DNA of 64,000 nt, from positions 68,758,001 to 68,822,000 of the forward strand of contig CM059442.1 of assembly GCA_030390025.1 (NCBI GenBank), in the 5' to 3' direction. Under the pieces are notes generated by a model. That model did not search any database. It was not told the origin of the DNA and saw nothing but the letters and a program-made list of their open reading frames with translations. A program made the translations under genes and the position numbers. This DNA is from Squalus acanthias (lineage: Eukaryota). Shown one piece after another: positions 13,575 through 25,944 of this stretch (positions within the stretch are counted from its first letter, which is position 1; every line of letters starts with the position of its first letter).

Positions 13575-14472
13575 CTGAATCTAAACTTACCTGGGCGTCT
13601 GGACAATGGATGACCAAAATACAAGTGTTTGCCATTTCACAGCACCAACATCTTTCCTCAATAAACATGGAGCTCAGTTGACAAAAAAATAAAAATCTAT
13701 ACGGACCAACAGATACATGGAAGTGATCACAGCGCAGTAACTTCACCATGGTGCACGAATAATGCTGGAAAACCTTTAACTGAAACCCAAGATTATAGTC
13801 TTCAAACTATTTCTACACCAGTTGGGGTTTTTTTGAAAAATAACCAAATATTGTTTCTGAAGAGCGGTTTTATTCAACATTTGGCTTTTTTCTGGTTGGC
13901 AGTACAAGTCATGGTAAACAGATGCACTTTGCTCTCTCTTGACACAGAAGAATGTCCACATTGGTTAATTAACTACTGTAATTTAATCACCACAGGCAAT
14001 GGGTTTACCAAGCAACAATCCACAATTTAGGACAACAAATATTAATTGTATTTCTCAGCAAGAAACTTGCTAAATCCTAGCGGAGTTCCTTTTTTCCTCT
14101 CTCCTCCCCCTCCCTGGGGGGAGGGGGAAGAGAGAGAAGGAAGAGAATAACTGAGCCCAATGTTCTGGGAGATGAGAGTTATGGTTATGAGCATACTAGA
14201 AATAAAGTTTAAGATTAGAAGTTATAAACAAAAATATTTCACAAATCTAGCACAAGATGAAACAAAGCTGTAGTTCGCATTGCAGCAAGAGCAGCCAGTG
14301 TATGAATAACTCTTGAAAGCAGGGCACTTTCCAAACTAGTTTATTCCAACATGGAGATATTCAAATTGCATTTCCTTCCTTGCTAGGCTATTCCAGTGAT
14401 GTGACTAAGACCATCCGCCTGCACACCCGAGTGGTTCTGAAAGCAAACAGAAGGAGGCACAAATTCAAACTA

Positions 14473-14891
14473 CAGGAAACTTTCGTTTATCCGGCATCGA
14501 CGGGACCGGCGTGGTGCCGGTTTATCGAAAGTACCGGATAACGGAGAGTTATATCTACCGAGGCTATTTTTAACAAAGAGACTCCAGGCAGCGCGGGAGA
14601 ATCAACTCCTGCTACTGCAGTGTTTCGGACTTCCGACAGCGCCAGGAGGCCGAGTAGTGGCACTTTTGAAAAGTTGCCCTACTGACTAAATCGGCGTTCG
14701 CGGACTCGGACTCGGGATCGGCAACATTGCCGGTTATTTGAGAGGAGTTTTCGGAGCACACGGCGTTCGCGGAGACTCGACTGCGACTCGGCAACATTGC
14801 CGGTTATTTGAGAGGAGTTTTCGGAGGATGATTTTTGCTGGTTAAGCGAAAATTCCGGATATTTGGGTGCCGGATAAACGAAAGTTTCCTG
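14473..14891. mobile_element. Tc1/mariner (Tigger/pogo-like) MITE
   Basis: 24-bp perfect TIR CAGGAAACTTTCGTTTATCCGGCA; TA duplication on both sides; CpG-rich interior with a ~65-bp internal duplication. Confidence 0.92.
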
Positions 14892-16287
14892 TAACTTACT
14901 GGCTGGGAATAAATTTTTTCCCAGCCTCTGCTGTCATTTGCCAAAATCGTCTTGCTCCAGAGATTCATACAGAAGTTTGAAATCTCACAAACCACTGTTT
15001 CCTACGGAGCTGCATGGAAACTCACAAGTATGTTACCTATAACTCACATCACTGCAATGGCCCAGAAGGCAAGAAGATGCTATTTCAGGATCTCGAACTT
15101 CTAAAAAAGTCAAAAGAAATTTCCAGTCCGACTTACTTTATTCTGTTAAAGAAAAGGGGTGGGGTACGTGGAACAAAATCGCCCCCTTGACTTTGCCTTC
15201 CCTTCAGTTTTGGGATTGCAATCTGTCTTGGCAATTGCAGCCCTTTTGTGCAATCCTCCCCACCACTCAGGGGAGACACTTTCGCACCCTCAGCCCTACA
15301 ATCTGGAACACTCTCCCTAAACCTGTGCCACCCCACTTCTTTCTCCCTTTTCAAAAATCTCTCTTTTCAAACAATGCTGGGCACCTGTTTCCTTATCTAG
15401 TCCTATTATTTGTTTCCCTTTCTCCACCCCCAATAAACCATCTTAAGATGTTTTTGACTTTAAAGGCAATATATCAATGAAAGCTGTTATTTTGATTAAA
15501 TGTTTCACTATTTATTTGGGAGCTGCTTCACTTGTCTAAGTCCAAAAGCCTTCATGGTTGAATCCAGCCCTGGTTTAAACTTCAAGAACCCTTCTTTCGC
15601 CAACAGATTATGAATTTGTAACAACTTGACAAGTTCAGTTGCTGCTCATCTCTGTATTCACTCCCACACACAACAGAACTAACTCCACGACAGCTCTGTA
15701 CTAAAAAAACTGGTGGATCTCAACGTGGAAAAGGCACAAACCCCCTTGGCACACACCCTAAAATGCTGAGGAAAGTCAGAGTAAAAAAGCAGAGGATCTG
15801 GCCACAATCTTTCAAACAGCCTTAGATACGGAAATTGTGCCAGAGGACTGGAGGGTTACCCATCTAATAACCCTGGTCAAAAAGGGACAAACCAGGTAAC
15901 TATAGATCAGTCAGCCCAACATCAGTATTGGGTATGCTTCTGGAGGCCATAATATGGCATGAATTTAATACTGATCTATAAAGACGTGGATTAGTGAAAA
16001 AAGAAAAAAAACTTGCATTTACATAACACCTTTCACGATCTTAGGTCGCCCCAAAGCGCTTACATAAAATTAAATTAAAGCAAGTGCTTAAAGGATATAA
16101 TATAATAGTATGTATCGATAAATGAAATTAACTTCGATGCTGTGCATATGGCATTTCAAAAGGCATTTTATAAGGTGCCACATAGGAGGCACGTTGATAA
16201 AATTAGGGCACATAGCATTAAAAGGGAGTGTGACAGCATAGCTAGGAAGTTGATTGAGGGACAAAAAAAAAGTGGTTATGGGCCATT

Positions 16288-16695
16288 GTCAGCTGTGGCT
16301 CAGTTGGTAGCACACTCGCCTCGGAGTCAGAAGGTTGTGGGTTCAAGTCCCACTCCGCTGTTGGAGGTGCCGTTTTTCGGATGAGACGTTAAACTGAGCC
16401 CCCATCTGCTCTCTCAGGTGGGCGTAAAAAACCCCATGGCACTATTTCTAAGAAGAGTAGGGGAGTTCTCCTCGGTGTCCTGGCCAATATGTATCCCTCA
16501 ACCAACATAACAAAAACAGATTATCTGGTCATTATCACATTGCTGTTTGTGGGAGCTTGCTGTGCGCAAATTGGCTGCCGCATTTCCCACATTACAACAG
16601 TGACTCCACTTCAAAAGTACTTCATTGGCTGCAAAGCACTTTGAGACGTCCGGTAGGTCGTGAAAGGCGCTATAGAAATGCAAGTCTTTCTTCCT
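16288..16695 (+). mobile_element. Deu-domain SINE (SacSINE1/AmnSINE-like), near full length
   Basis: tRNA head gtggctcagttggtag...ggttcaagtccc; Deu-like core; tail gcgctatagaaatgcaagtctttc; inserted in a CR1 fragment. Confidence 0.85.
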
Positions 16696-17039
16696 TTTCA
16701 GACTAGAAGGGTGTAAACAGTGGCATCCCCGGGGTCACTGTTGCCACCATTACTATTCTCAATAAATATACAAATGATCTGGACTTGAATGCACAGGCAC
16801 AATAGCAACATGTGCAAATGCCACAAAAAGAGAGTATGGTCAACTGTGACAAGAACTGTAAGCAACTTCAGGAGGTTATAGACAAGTTAGCAGATTGGGC
16901 AAATAGATGCCAGATAAAATCTAATGCAGAGAAATGTGAGGTGAGACATGTTAAAAGGAAAAATTCCAGCACATGTACATCAAATGGTCATACTTTAAAA
17001 GGAGAAGAATGAAGAGACTTAGTGGCATACACATGTCTT

Positions 17040-18020
17040 TGCAACTTGCACTTAATGTAGAAAAACATCCAAAACCACTTCACAGAGGGGTCATGAAAAA
17101 AAAGAGACACTGAGCCAAAGGAGATATTAGGATGGGTGATCATAAGCTTGGCCAAAGAGGTGAAAGGGAGAGGGAGTTGGAGCAGCAAAGGGGTTTCGAG
17201 ATGGCATTCCACAATGTAGGACCGAGGCAGCTGAGGGTACACAATGGTGGGATGAAAGGAGGAGAGTAATACATTAGAAGCCAGAGGAAGAGAGAATTGG
17301 GGGGGGGGGGGGGGTGGAGGGGGAAAGAGAGCAGGGCAGGGGAGAGAGATGGGGAGGTTGGAAGCCTGGAGGAGGTTGCAGAGATAGGGAGGGGCAAGGC
17401 CATGAAGGGATACAAACACAAGGATGATAATTTTAAATAAATTAAGGCATTGGAGGACCAGGAGCCAATGTAGGTTTGCAAAGAGAGGGAAGATGGGCAA
17501 GCTGGATTGATGCAGGATCGGATATGGGCAGCAGTGTTTGTATGAGCAGGTTTACAGAAGGTGGAGGATGAAAAGCCAGCCAGAAAAGCATTGGAATGGT
17601 CGAGTCTGGAACAGACAACTGCATGGATGAGGGTTTCAACTGCAGACAGGCTGTGGTGGGCAATGTTAGAGGTAGAAGTTGGCAATCTTTGTGATGGAAA
17701 GGACATGGGGTCAGAAACTCAGCTCAGGCACAAATTGGAAACCGAAGTTCCCAACAGTCTGGTTCAGCTTGAACAAGTGAACGCTGGGGGGGGGGGGGGG
17801 GGGGGGAGGGGAGCCGTGGATGGAGTTGCTGTCAAAGGGACAAAGTTTGTGGCAGCGGCAAAGACAATGTTTTAGTCTTCTCAAAGCTTAGGTGTAAACA
17901 AATTGTGGCTCATCCAAGACTGAATGTTGGACAAGTAGCCAGACAGCACACAAGCAGTGGAGGGGTTAAGAGAGATTGTGGAGAGTTGGAGCTGGGCGTC
18001 ATCAGTGTACATGTGGAGGA
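17040..18020 (-). mobile_element. L2-type LINE fragment
   Basis: ETLIHAVVCSRLDHSNAFLAG and LHWLLV...LHGLAPPYL motifs. Confidence 0.8.
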
Positions 18021-20449
18021 CTTGGGAAAGAAAAGGGAGCATTAGCTTGCAAGGACAGACAATAGGACGACAAGTTGTTAAAGCTATATAAAAAAAAACA
18101 TAGGATCCTAGGTTTTATAAATATGGGTATAGAAGGATGTCAAGGCCATGGTGAAGGTGCAGAAAAGATTCATTGATACTGGAGGTGAGAGGATTAGGTT
18201 ATGAACAAAGACTCGAGAAATTGGGATTTGACATCAGAAGGTTAAAAGCAGTGCTCAAAATGATAACAGGTTTTAATAAAATATCATAAAACCAATTTCC
18301 ACAGGACAGCGAGTAGATAACAATAGGACACAAATTTATCAAAAGAATGAAGGGAGAGGTAGGAGTTGGTTTGCAAAGTAAGTGGTTAGGACATGGACTG
18401 CATGGCAGAAGCAATGATGGAAGCAAAATCAGTAATAGCTTTTAAAAAAGATAGATTTGAAAAAAAAATTTTTAAAGTTATGAAGAAATAGCAGGGGAAT
18501 GAGACAGTGCAGAGTTCCAAGAGCTGGCACAGGTGCAATGGGCGAAATAGTCCCCTACTGTGCTATAAAATTCTAGGATTCAAGTACAGGAAGTTAGAAA
18601 TCATTCTATACACAAAAGCAGGCATGTCAACACACAATGAATAAGCCACACCTTTACAAGTGATTTTGCAACCTGCAAAACTGTGAAACTAATTGGTACA
18701 CCAAGGTGATGTTTACATTTTTTTTAATTTATTTTTTTAAACTGTACCTTCAAACAGTACACAGAATTATATTTATAAAATTGTTATACCTAACTCTCCA
18801 AAAGTCACAATACTGAGCCATTTTCTTAAAATATGCACTTAAATTTTCACTGTTCAAAACATTGTACAATTCCCTCCTCTCGTACCCATCCTTGATATGC
18901 ACGACAGTCCATCTCACCTAATCTAATGGGTTTGTTTGGCAATATTGGTTCAGTCATGGGAAACCAACATATGTGTGCTAGCTACCCATGTTTACATCAA
19001 TACAACCATATACCAATGAGCCCACATTTTAATGGTCTACAATGTCAGCAGGACTTGTTTGTACTGTAAAGTACAACTGACAGAGGTAGACCAGGTCTCC
19101 CTCCATATAAGTAATCATATTGATATCTACATGGATTGTGTAAGAAAGCAATTAAATCAGGACCTCATAACTTTGTTCTGATAGTTCACAGCCATAGCAC
19201 TAAAAGAAACCTATCCAGTGGATATTCAAACTGTAGCTTTTTCTTGATGTTATTTTTTATGCAGGCAACATTTTAACAGCAAGTAGAGCAGGGAGCTGCA
19301 GTTAAGCTGCACTTCACTGTGGACTGAGCAGAAAGAACTCCATGCACAAGTACTGAAACTTATGCACAGAATGCTTCTTGCATGTTTCCAATCCTTCAGT
19401 TTGAGAAGAGTTAACATTGTGCCGCCAAAGTGTCTTTTCAAAATCAGCCTTCACACTACTATTTTCACTATCACTTCAGTAAAACAGAATGGTAGATGTG
19501 TGAAGCGTTCATACTGTGTCCATCTGAGCTGTGGAAAAACACCTAACAGCACAATTGTAGACACGTCCTTCCAAACTTGGGTTGTGTCTGCACTGAACAT
19601 TGCGAGCTGTCTAAAACTAGGATAAAACACTAGTGGTTACAAGTCTGTTACAAGTGATGGCAGCAACTGAAGCAACTTGATGGAAGGCATTAAGAATTTC
19701 ACACAAAATTAAAGAATATTGGTTTAAGTGCGATTTCCTCACAATGCATTCAAACCATTATTGTAAATAAGCCCAGTGACAACAGTTTATTGCTGCCCAT
19801 TTGGCATCAGCATTGTAAGACTACTCAATCAGAGGACCAAAATTAACAAACAGCCTTCCTGCATTGCATTGCTTCAATCAATGTATTTAAAATGAATAGC
19901 TGCAAGATGACTGACCATGAATGAAAGCAAAACTTTTGTTTGGGGGAGGGGGGGGGGGTGGGAGGTAGTGGAAGAATTTACACCCACATGTTTTAAATTA
20001 AACTATACAGTTACTTAACAGTGTTATTAGGATTATCTGAAATACAAAAAGGCTACCAAGTGATCGGACACGACCTGACAGGAGGTTAGGGCAGCTGTGC
20101 TGAGCGGAGCTGGATCAGTCCTGGGGGCTCAGGATCACCAGCTAATGGGGGGATAAGGTGTCCCCCTCCGCCGCGCGTTCACTACAACCCCAACCGCCTC
20201 TATATTAATATACAAAGATTATTTTTCAAAAGACTATTCAACTTTTTCCTTCAGGATTTAAATCAAAATAAATATCGAGGAATGAACACTAAATTCAAAA
20301 ATAGTTGACTATAGACGAATTGTCACTCTCCCCGTCAGATCTTACCGCTCTTTATGCGTGCTTGGCAAGGCGAAAAAAACGACAAAATAACCATTGTTTT
20401 GTTAAGAAAAAGGCTAAAAGGAAAAATAACTTTTTTTTACAAGGAGATA

Positions 20450-21320
20450 CCCACCGCCGCTCCAACCGGCGCCATCTTAAATGTGAGAGAGACGAAAAAG
20501 CTCGAGCGCCCACCTCACTCTCGCGGCTTTTTGGCGGCGGCGGAGTTGGCGCTGTGTCAGTGAGGGCGGGGTGAGGGGGGCGGGGCGACAGTGCGGTGAT
20601 TGACAGGCGGTGCGCGGAGTTGGCGCTGTGGCAGTGAGGGGGGGCGGGACGTGGGGGGCGGGGCGAAAGTGCGGTGATTGACAGGCGGTGCGCGGAGTTG
20701 GCGCTGTGGCAGGGAGGGGGCGGGATGGGGGGGGCGGGGCGAAAGCGCGGTGATTGACAGGCGGTGCGCGGAGTTGGCGCTGTGGCAGGGAGGGGGGCGG
20801 GACGGGGGGGGCGGGGCGAAAGCGCGGTGATTGACAGGCGGCGCGTGGAGTTGGAGCAGCGGCAGTGAGGGAGGGAGGGAGGGGGCGGGGCGGGGCGGGG
20901 GGTGAAGGCGCGGTGATTGACAGGCAGCGCGCGTCACTTCCGCTCCGTGGTGGCGATTGTGACGCGCGCGCCCCTGCGCCGTGCGGTGGGAGACCCCTGG
21001 CGCTATTGCGTTGGAGACGCCATTGTTGTGGCGGAGAGCTGGTGTCGGTTTGAAAGTGCGGCACTCGGCTGAGACCCGGCATTCAGGCGCCGCCGCTGCC
21101 GCCCCTGTGTAATAGTTTAAGTACTTGAATAGATATTTATTATTTTTTTTTAAATTAACGTGGGCCGTAAGCGAGGTGCAGTGGGGGGGAGTGAGAGTTA
21201 GAGGGGGGTTGGGTGGGGGCCGCAGTGCGAAGATGCGCCTGAGAGACGCTGCCGGGCCTACCGCTTGGAGCTGAGCCTAGGAAGCCTCCCGCCAGGAAGC
21301 CAGCCGGCCGGCCTCTCTAC
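20450..21320. promoter_or_regulatory. CpG-island promoter of RBBP6, probably bidirectional
   Basis: Very GC/CpG-rich relative to flanks; many GGGGCGGGG GC boxes; CGTCACTTCCG (ETS/CRE-half composite) at 20932-20942; YY1 motif CGCCATCTT at 20470-20478. Confidence 0.88.
20540..20925 (+). repeat. ~77-bp GC-rich tandem repeat, about 5 units, each with TGATTGACAG
   Basis: Unit approximately gcggagttggcgctgtggcag-G-rich-ggggcggggcgaaagygcggTGATTGACAGgcggtgc; decamer at 20597, 20675, 20751, 20828 and 20914. Confidence 0.95.
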
Positions 21321-22276
21321 CTACCGTGTGTGTCTGTGTGTGTGTCAGTCATCCATTCGGAGCGCCGACTCTGCGTACCCGCATTACCCCCATTCATCCC
21401 AACCTACCTCCCCCACCCCCAATTCCTCCTTATTTCCCATTTCCCCCCCTCCCCTCATTCTATCGGATAAAAGGCCATGCTGGATCCCACTGGCTCCTGA
21501 GAAATACTTCCCGAGGAACACAAAAAAAAGAGGCGCAGCTCTGGTGGGGCCTTGTGTGAGATTTGTGTGGCTGCTGCTGTTATGTATTTTTTTTCTTCTT
21601 TTACTTTGCCAGTAATACCAGTGACTTTTTTTTGGTAAAATAACAAACAACCCCCCCCCCCCGCCTCCACCTCCACCCGCTCCAGCTCCCCTCCCAATTC
21701 CACCAAAAGGAGAGACAACACTCCGAGCTGCTGCCGAGGACAGTGTCTGTGGGCGAGGAACCAACCCAGACACACACGATCGTTGTTGCAACTGGATTTT
21801 CCGAAGGAAGGAAACCAAGACACAAACGTGGACCTGATTCTCTTAGATTTAAAAAAAACTGCGCCGAGACATACTGCATTGCGGCTTTGTAATAAAAAGG
21901 AAGAGGGAAAATAAACTGAATATTTTTGAACTCTTTACCTTGGGAAATAAATCCTTTGGACTTCGTACAATTTCTTGGACATTTAAACTATACCATTGAC
22001 TTTTGAACTATCCGTTTATTAGTGAGTAAAACAGCTAGTATTTAATTTTGTGCAATGTGCAGTTAAAAGGAAGCCAGTTATTTCCTGACTTTACGATCCA
22101 GTATAGTGTTTTTTTTTATAAAATTGCTTTAATACAACAGAATCTAAATACTTGAATTTCAGATATGGAAATTAAATTGTGAAAAAGAGGATTTTTTTTG
22201 TTTTTGTGTTTTGCAGTGTTAAAAGGGTAAAAACTTTTTTGTGGGTAAGGCTTGTCCCATTCAAAAAAAACAAAAA

Positions 22277-22442
22277 ATGTCGTGTGTACATTACAAATTT
22301 TCCTCTAAACTGAACTATGACACGGTCACTTTCGATGGGCTTCATATTTCTTTGAGTGATCTAAAGAAGACCATCATGACCAGAGAGAAGCTGAAGGCGG
22401 CAGACTGCGATTTACAGATCACCAACGCACAGACTAAGGAAG
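22277..22442 (+). CDS. RBBP6: RBBP6 coding exon 1 (DWNN ubiquitin-like domain, N-terminal part)
   Basis: ATG 22277 gives MSCVHYKFSSKLNYDTVTFDGLHISLSDLKKTIMTREKLKAADCDLQITNAQTKE, the recognisable RBBP6 N-terminus; donor G|GTAAAT at 22443; 166 nt, phase 1. Confidence 0.98.
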
Positions 22443-23519
22443 GTAAATGGACCACAGTGACTTCTTTCCGTTTAAATAATGTATGTGTATCTGTCCTTTG
22501 TTTAATGTTGCCTCTAACTCGTATATCCTATGGTAGACAAGATGGCGCATGTTTGCTGGATCTGTACCATTCGTCAGGACATCTTGTTTGCACGTTGGGG
22601 CAGAGCAAGTCCGGGGCACAGCAAACCGAGCGCATTCAATTGTGTAAGGTGCCACGCTATGGCTTGTCATTTTAGCATGATCCTTTTAATCTTCACTGCA
22701 GTTTTATCGCAGGTTTATCAGGTCTTTTTTCATCGGCACCATCTGTTCTTTCCCTGTGCTTTTTTCAGAACGAAAATGCGTTCCTTGCCCTTTGTCATTC
22801 ACAAACTCCTTCCGTCCTCCAGGGGTTTATTTAGAAAGCAATCGTACGCTTATAAATGACCCGTTCAAGAGCTCGATCTCCAACTAATGTTCCTCGGAGG
22901 TCATCTAGCCTCTCTTTCTCCAACAACCCCCCCCCCCCCCCCCCCCCCAACCACAGCACCTTTTAGAAAAGTGCCCTTCAGGCGATGACGGTCTGAAGCA
23001 ATGTGGTATGCATAAATGAAAGCAACAATTCTCAATGATCTTGAGCGATTTGGAGGCATGTTAGAGGTTGTCAAACTCGGCTTGAATCCAGGATACATTC
23101 GTTTTAAAAACTGATTGCTGCAAAGTAACTGTTACTTTTAAGGTGAATTTTTGAGTGAAGTATAGATATTGTATAGCATTACATCCTTCTGTACTCGTTT
23201 TAAAATCACAATGACTGCTGGTTTTAGAGTTTTTAAACATTGATGTGCGGGGCTGATCTGCCATACATTTTTCCTAATGGGGATTAGGAAGAGTTAGTTT
23301 GTTATTGGGCTGGCTGTCTCAGAAAGGAATGAAAATCCTATAATGTTGGAAGAAAAATTTGAGTCAGGGCATGCCCCATTGATGTGGTCAATATGCTGCC
23401 ATTTTACTACAAGTTCGTGTAGTGAAGTTGTAGATTTTTGAACATACAGTCTAATTGGAGAGTATAACAGAAGTATTTTGGTGTTTGTTCAGTACAATTT
23501 CAGTAGCTTGTGTTAGTCA

Positions 23520-24600
23520 GAAATGACATCCACTGTGACCATGGAGCACACTCCCTTCTCGACCTACCTGCAGCATTTGACACGGTTAACCACACCATCC
23601 TTTTCCAGTGCCTCTCCTCCGTTGTCCAGCCGAGTGAGTCCCCTCGCCTGGTTCTACTCTTACCGATCCAGTCATAGCCAGAGAATCTCTTGCAATAGCT
23701 TCTGCTGCTCCCGCTTCGTTGCCTCGACTCCCCCAAGGATCTATCCTTGGCCCCTTCCTATTTCTCACATTTACGTGCTGCCCCTCGGTGACATCATCCG
23801 AAAACACATCAGGTTCCATGTGTCTGCTGACAACACCCAGCTCTACCATGTCTTTCAACCCCTCCACTGCCTCTGTGTTCTCAAACTGCTGGTCTGGCAT
23901 CCAGTCTTGGGTGAGCTGGAATTTCCTCCTATTTAAAAAAAAAAAAATTGTGAAGGCCTTTCAAAGCTGTTGTCTTCAGTCCCTGACAAACTATGTTCCC
24001 ATGCCACTGATTCCATCCGCCTTCCTGGCCAATGTATCAGACTGAACCAGGCTGTTCACAACCTCGGCATCCTACTTGAACTCAACTAATTCCACTGCTC
24101 TGTTGGTTGGTCGGCCTCCCATCTCCCACCCTCCATAAACTTAAGCTCATCCTAAACTAAGCTGCCCATATCCTGAATTTTGTGACAATTTCCATTCACC
24201 CATCACCACTGCTTGCTGACCTACATTGGTTCCCAGTCCAGCAACGCCTCAATTTTAAAATTGCTCATGTTCAAATCCCTCCATGGCCTCGCTCCTCCCT
24301 TTCTCTCTCACTTCCTCCAGAATTACAACCCTCGGAACTCTGGCCTCTTGTGCATCTTCCACTTTCTTCGCCCTCCATTGGCGGCCATGCTTTCAGCTGT
24401 CTAGGCCCTAAGCTCTGGAATTCCCTTACTAAACATGTCCACCTATCTCCTTTTAAGACGTTCTTGAAAACCTACTTCTTTGACCAAGCTTTTGGTCACC
24501 TGTGCTAATGTCTCCTTTGACTGTCAATTTTTGTCTGATTACACTGCTGTGAAGAGCCATGGGACATTTTACTAGGTTAATGGCGCTATATAAATGCAGT
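23520..24600 (+). mobile_element. L2-type LINE 3' fragment
   Basis: PQGSILGP, SADNTQLY, LADLHWFPVQQRLNFKI, HGLAPP; tail ggcgctatataaatgcag. Confidence 0.85.
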
Positions 24601-25944
24601 TATATGGCGATATGTGGCGCGTCAGTCATTGCAAATGCTCCCTTTATTAAATCTTTTCGGTGTATGTGCAATGTCATTTATTGTCTCCTTTTAGTATTGA
24701 ATTCTGGAATGAGCAAATTAACTGGATTCTGTGTGTCCTGATTGATCTTGATTTGACAGAATAAGCTAGGATGCAGTACATTGGACCAGCTAGCTATATT
24801 GGTGGCTAATTTCAGAGAGTTCTGGTTGGTCTTTCAGACTTTGCATGTTGATCTTTTGTGATTTGAATTAAGATTGGCTGTTGTGTTTCCTGTCATAAAA
24901 TAGGTTACAAGTGAAGAATATTTCAAGATATGCAATTATTATCGTTTTGCATTGTGCAGTTTGAATGGGTGAAAAATTAGTCATTATGGGAGCTATTTTA
25001 CGATCTTGGTTGTCTTAATTTCAAGTCTCCAGTCAGTGGCATGTATGATTGTACTCCAGTTTGATGTGATATGTATGTGATATAAAATTCTATTTGAGTT
25101 TGATTTTTATTCTGGCAGGTTATAAATGTGCATGGTATTTTAATACTTTGTCAAATAGTATTTGGCTCCACAAAATTGCATCCACCTCTTGGAAAGCCTA
25201 TTGGTAGGGAATGCAGTTATAAATTGAGCAGACAAGCCACTTTCTCTTCCTATAACTGCCTCTTTCTTTGTTTCCCACTCTTAATTTCTTTGCCTCTCAT
25301 TTTGCTATATGCCTCTTTCACATTTTTAGAGTTGCCTGATTCTTAATCTATTCTGTAATTCTTTCCTTCCCTTTTTCCTTTGTCTTCTGTATGTCTATCA
25401 TACTTAGTGATTAGGCCATATATTAGCAGCACTGAGCATCAGTGGTAGATGTATCCCACAGACATTCCTTCCCTGAGTGTTTTTAAAATTGGTTTGATTT
25501 CATTTAAACAGCTAATAAGATAGTAAGAAATTAAAAACGGCCACATTTTTCCTTTGGATGTTTTGGGACTGAAATAATAGTTGAAATAGCATACCAGGCT
25601 ATTGCACTTCTGCAGATCCAGAACCAACTTGGGGAGAGAGCAGGAAAGTGGTGTTGAGGCCAAGATTGGATCAACCATGAATGGTGGAGCGGGCTCGATG
25701 GGCCGATTGGCCTACTCCTGCTCCTGTTTCTTATGTTCTATGTTCTTAGAGGAAAGGCTGTCATTTAAAGCTGCATTGCTTCTGACCTGGAGACAAAGCT
25801 GACTAACACACTACAATTTGCAAAGTTCTCTGACAAAACAGCTATTAAATTCTGATTTTGTATTTTCTTAATTATACACTGTGCTTCAAAGGAGCACAGC
25901 ACCAATTTAGCTAAATAATAAATGGTATAACTTCCATATCCCTA

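Larger units (their letters stand above)
15700..18580 (+). mobile_element. Degraded CR1 LINE interrupted by a Deu SINE and an L2 fragment
   Basis: FQKAFYKVPH (16142 ORF) and KLADWANRCQIKSNAEKCEV (16812 ORF); CR1 3' region resumes at about 18060. Confidence 0.7.
54..20500 (-). ncRNA. Putative spliced divergent (antisense upstream) lncRNA
   Basis: Minus-strand candidate exons with canonical AG/GT: about 20500-20346 (GCG|GTAAGA), 15001-14900, 13779-13591 (CAG|GTAAGT), 13466-13441 (ATG|GTGAGA), 6431-6228 (ctctttcAG; CTG|GTAAAT), 2181-2036, 176-54 (CAG|GTATGT); no long ORF; inferred from splice signals only. Confidence 0.4.

Noticed and set aside
13467-13578. Box C/D snoRNA on the + strand (CTGATGA...CTGA) or H/ACA RNA on the - strand
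   Set aside because: No terminal stem or + strand host; no ACA box or pseudouridylation pocket
16290-16356. tRNA gene (also 8560-8633 and 35490-35558)
   Set aside because: These are tRNA-derived SINE heads continuing into SINE bodies
20540-20925. CRISPR-like appearance of regularly spaced repeats
   Set aside because: The intervening parts are also repeated G-rich sequence, not unique spacers; vertebrate DNA with no cas genes
20477-21082. 201-aa and 126-aa Pro/Arg-rich ORFs on the - strand
   Set aside because: Products of the GC-rich promoter tandem repeat, which lacks stop codons; no protein-like features
22241-22675. 144-aa ORF as a complete protein
   Set aside because: The true start is ATG 22277 and homology ends at the donor at 22443; the remainder is intron
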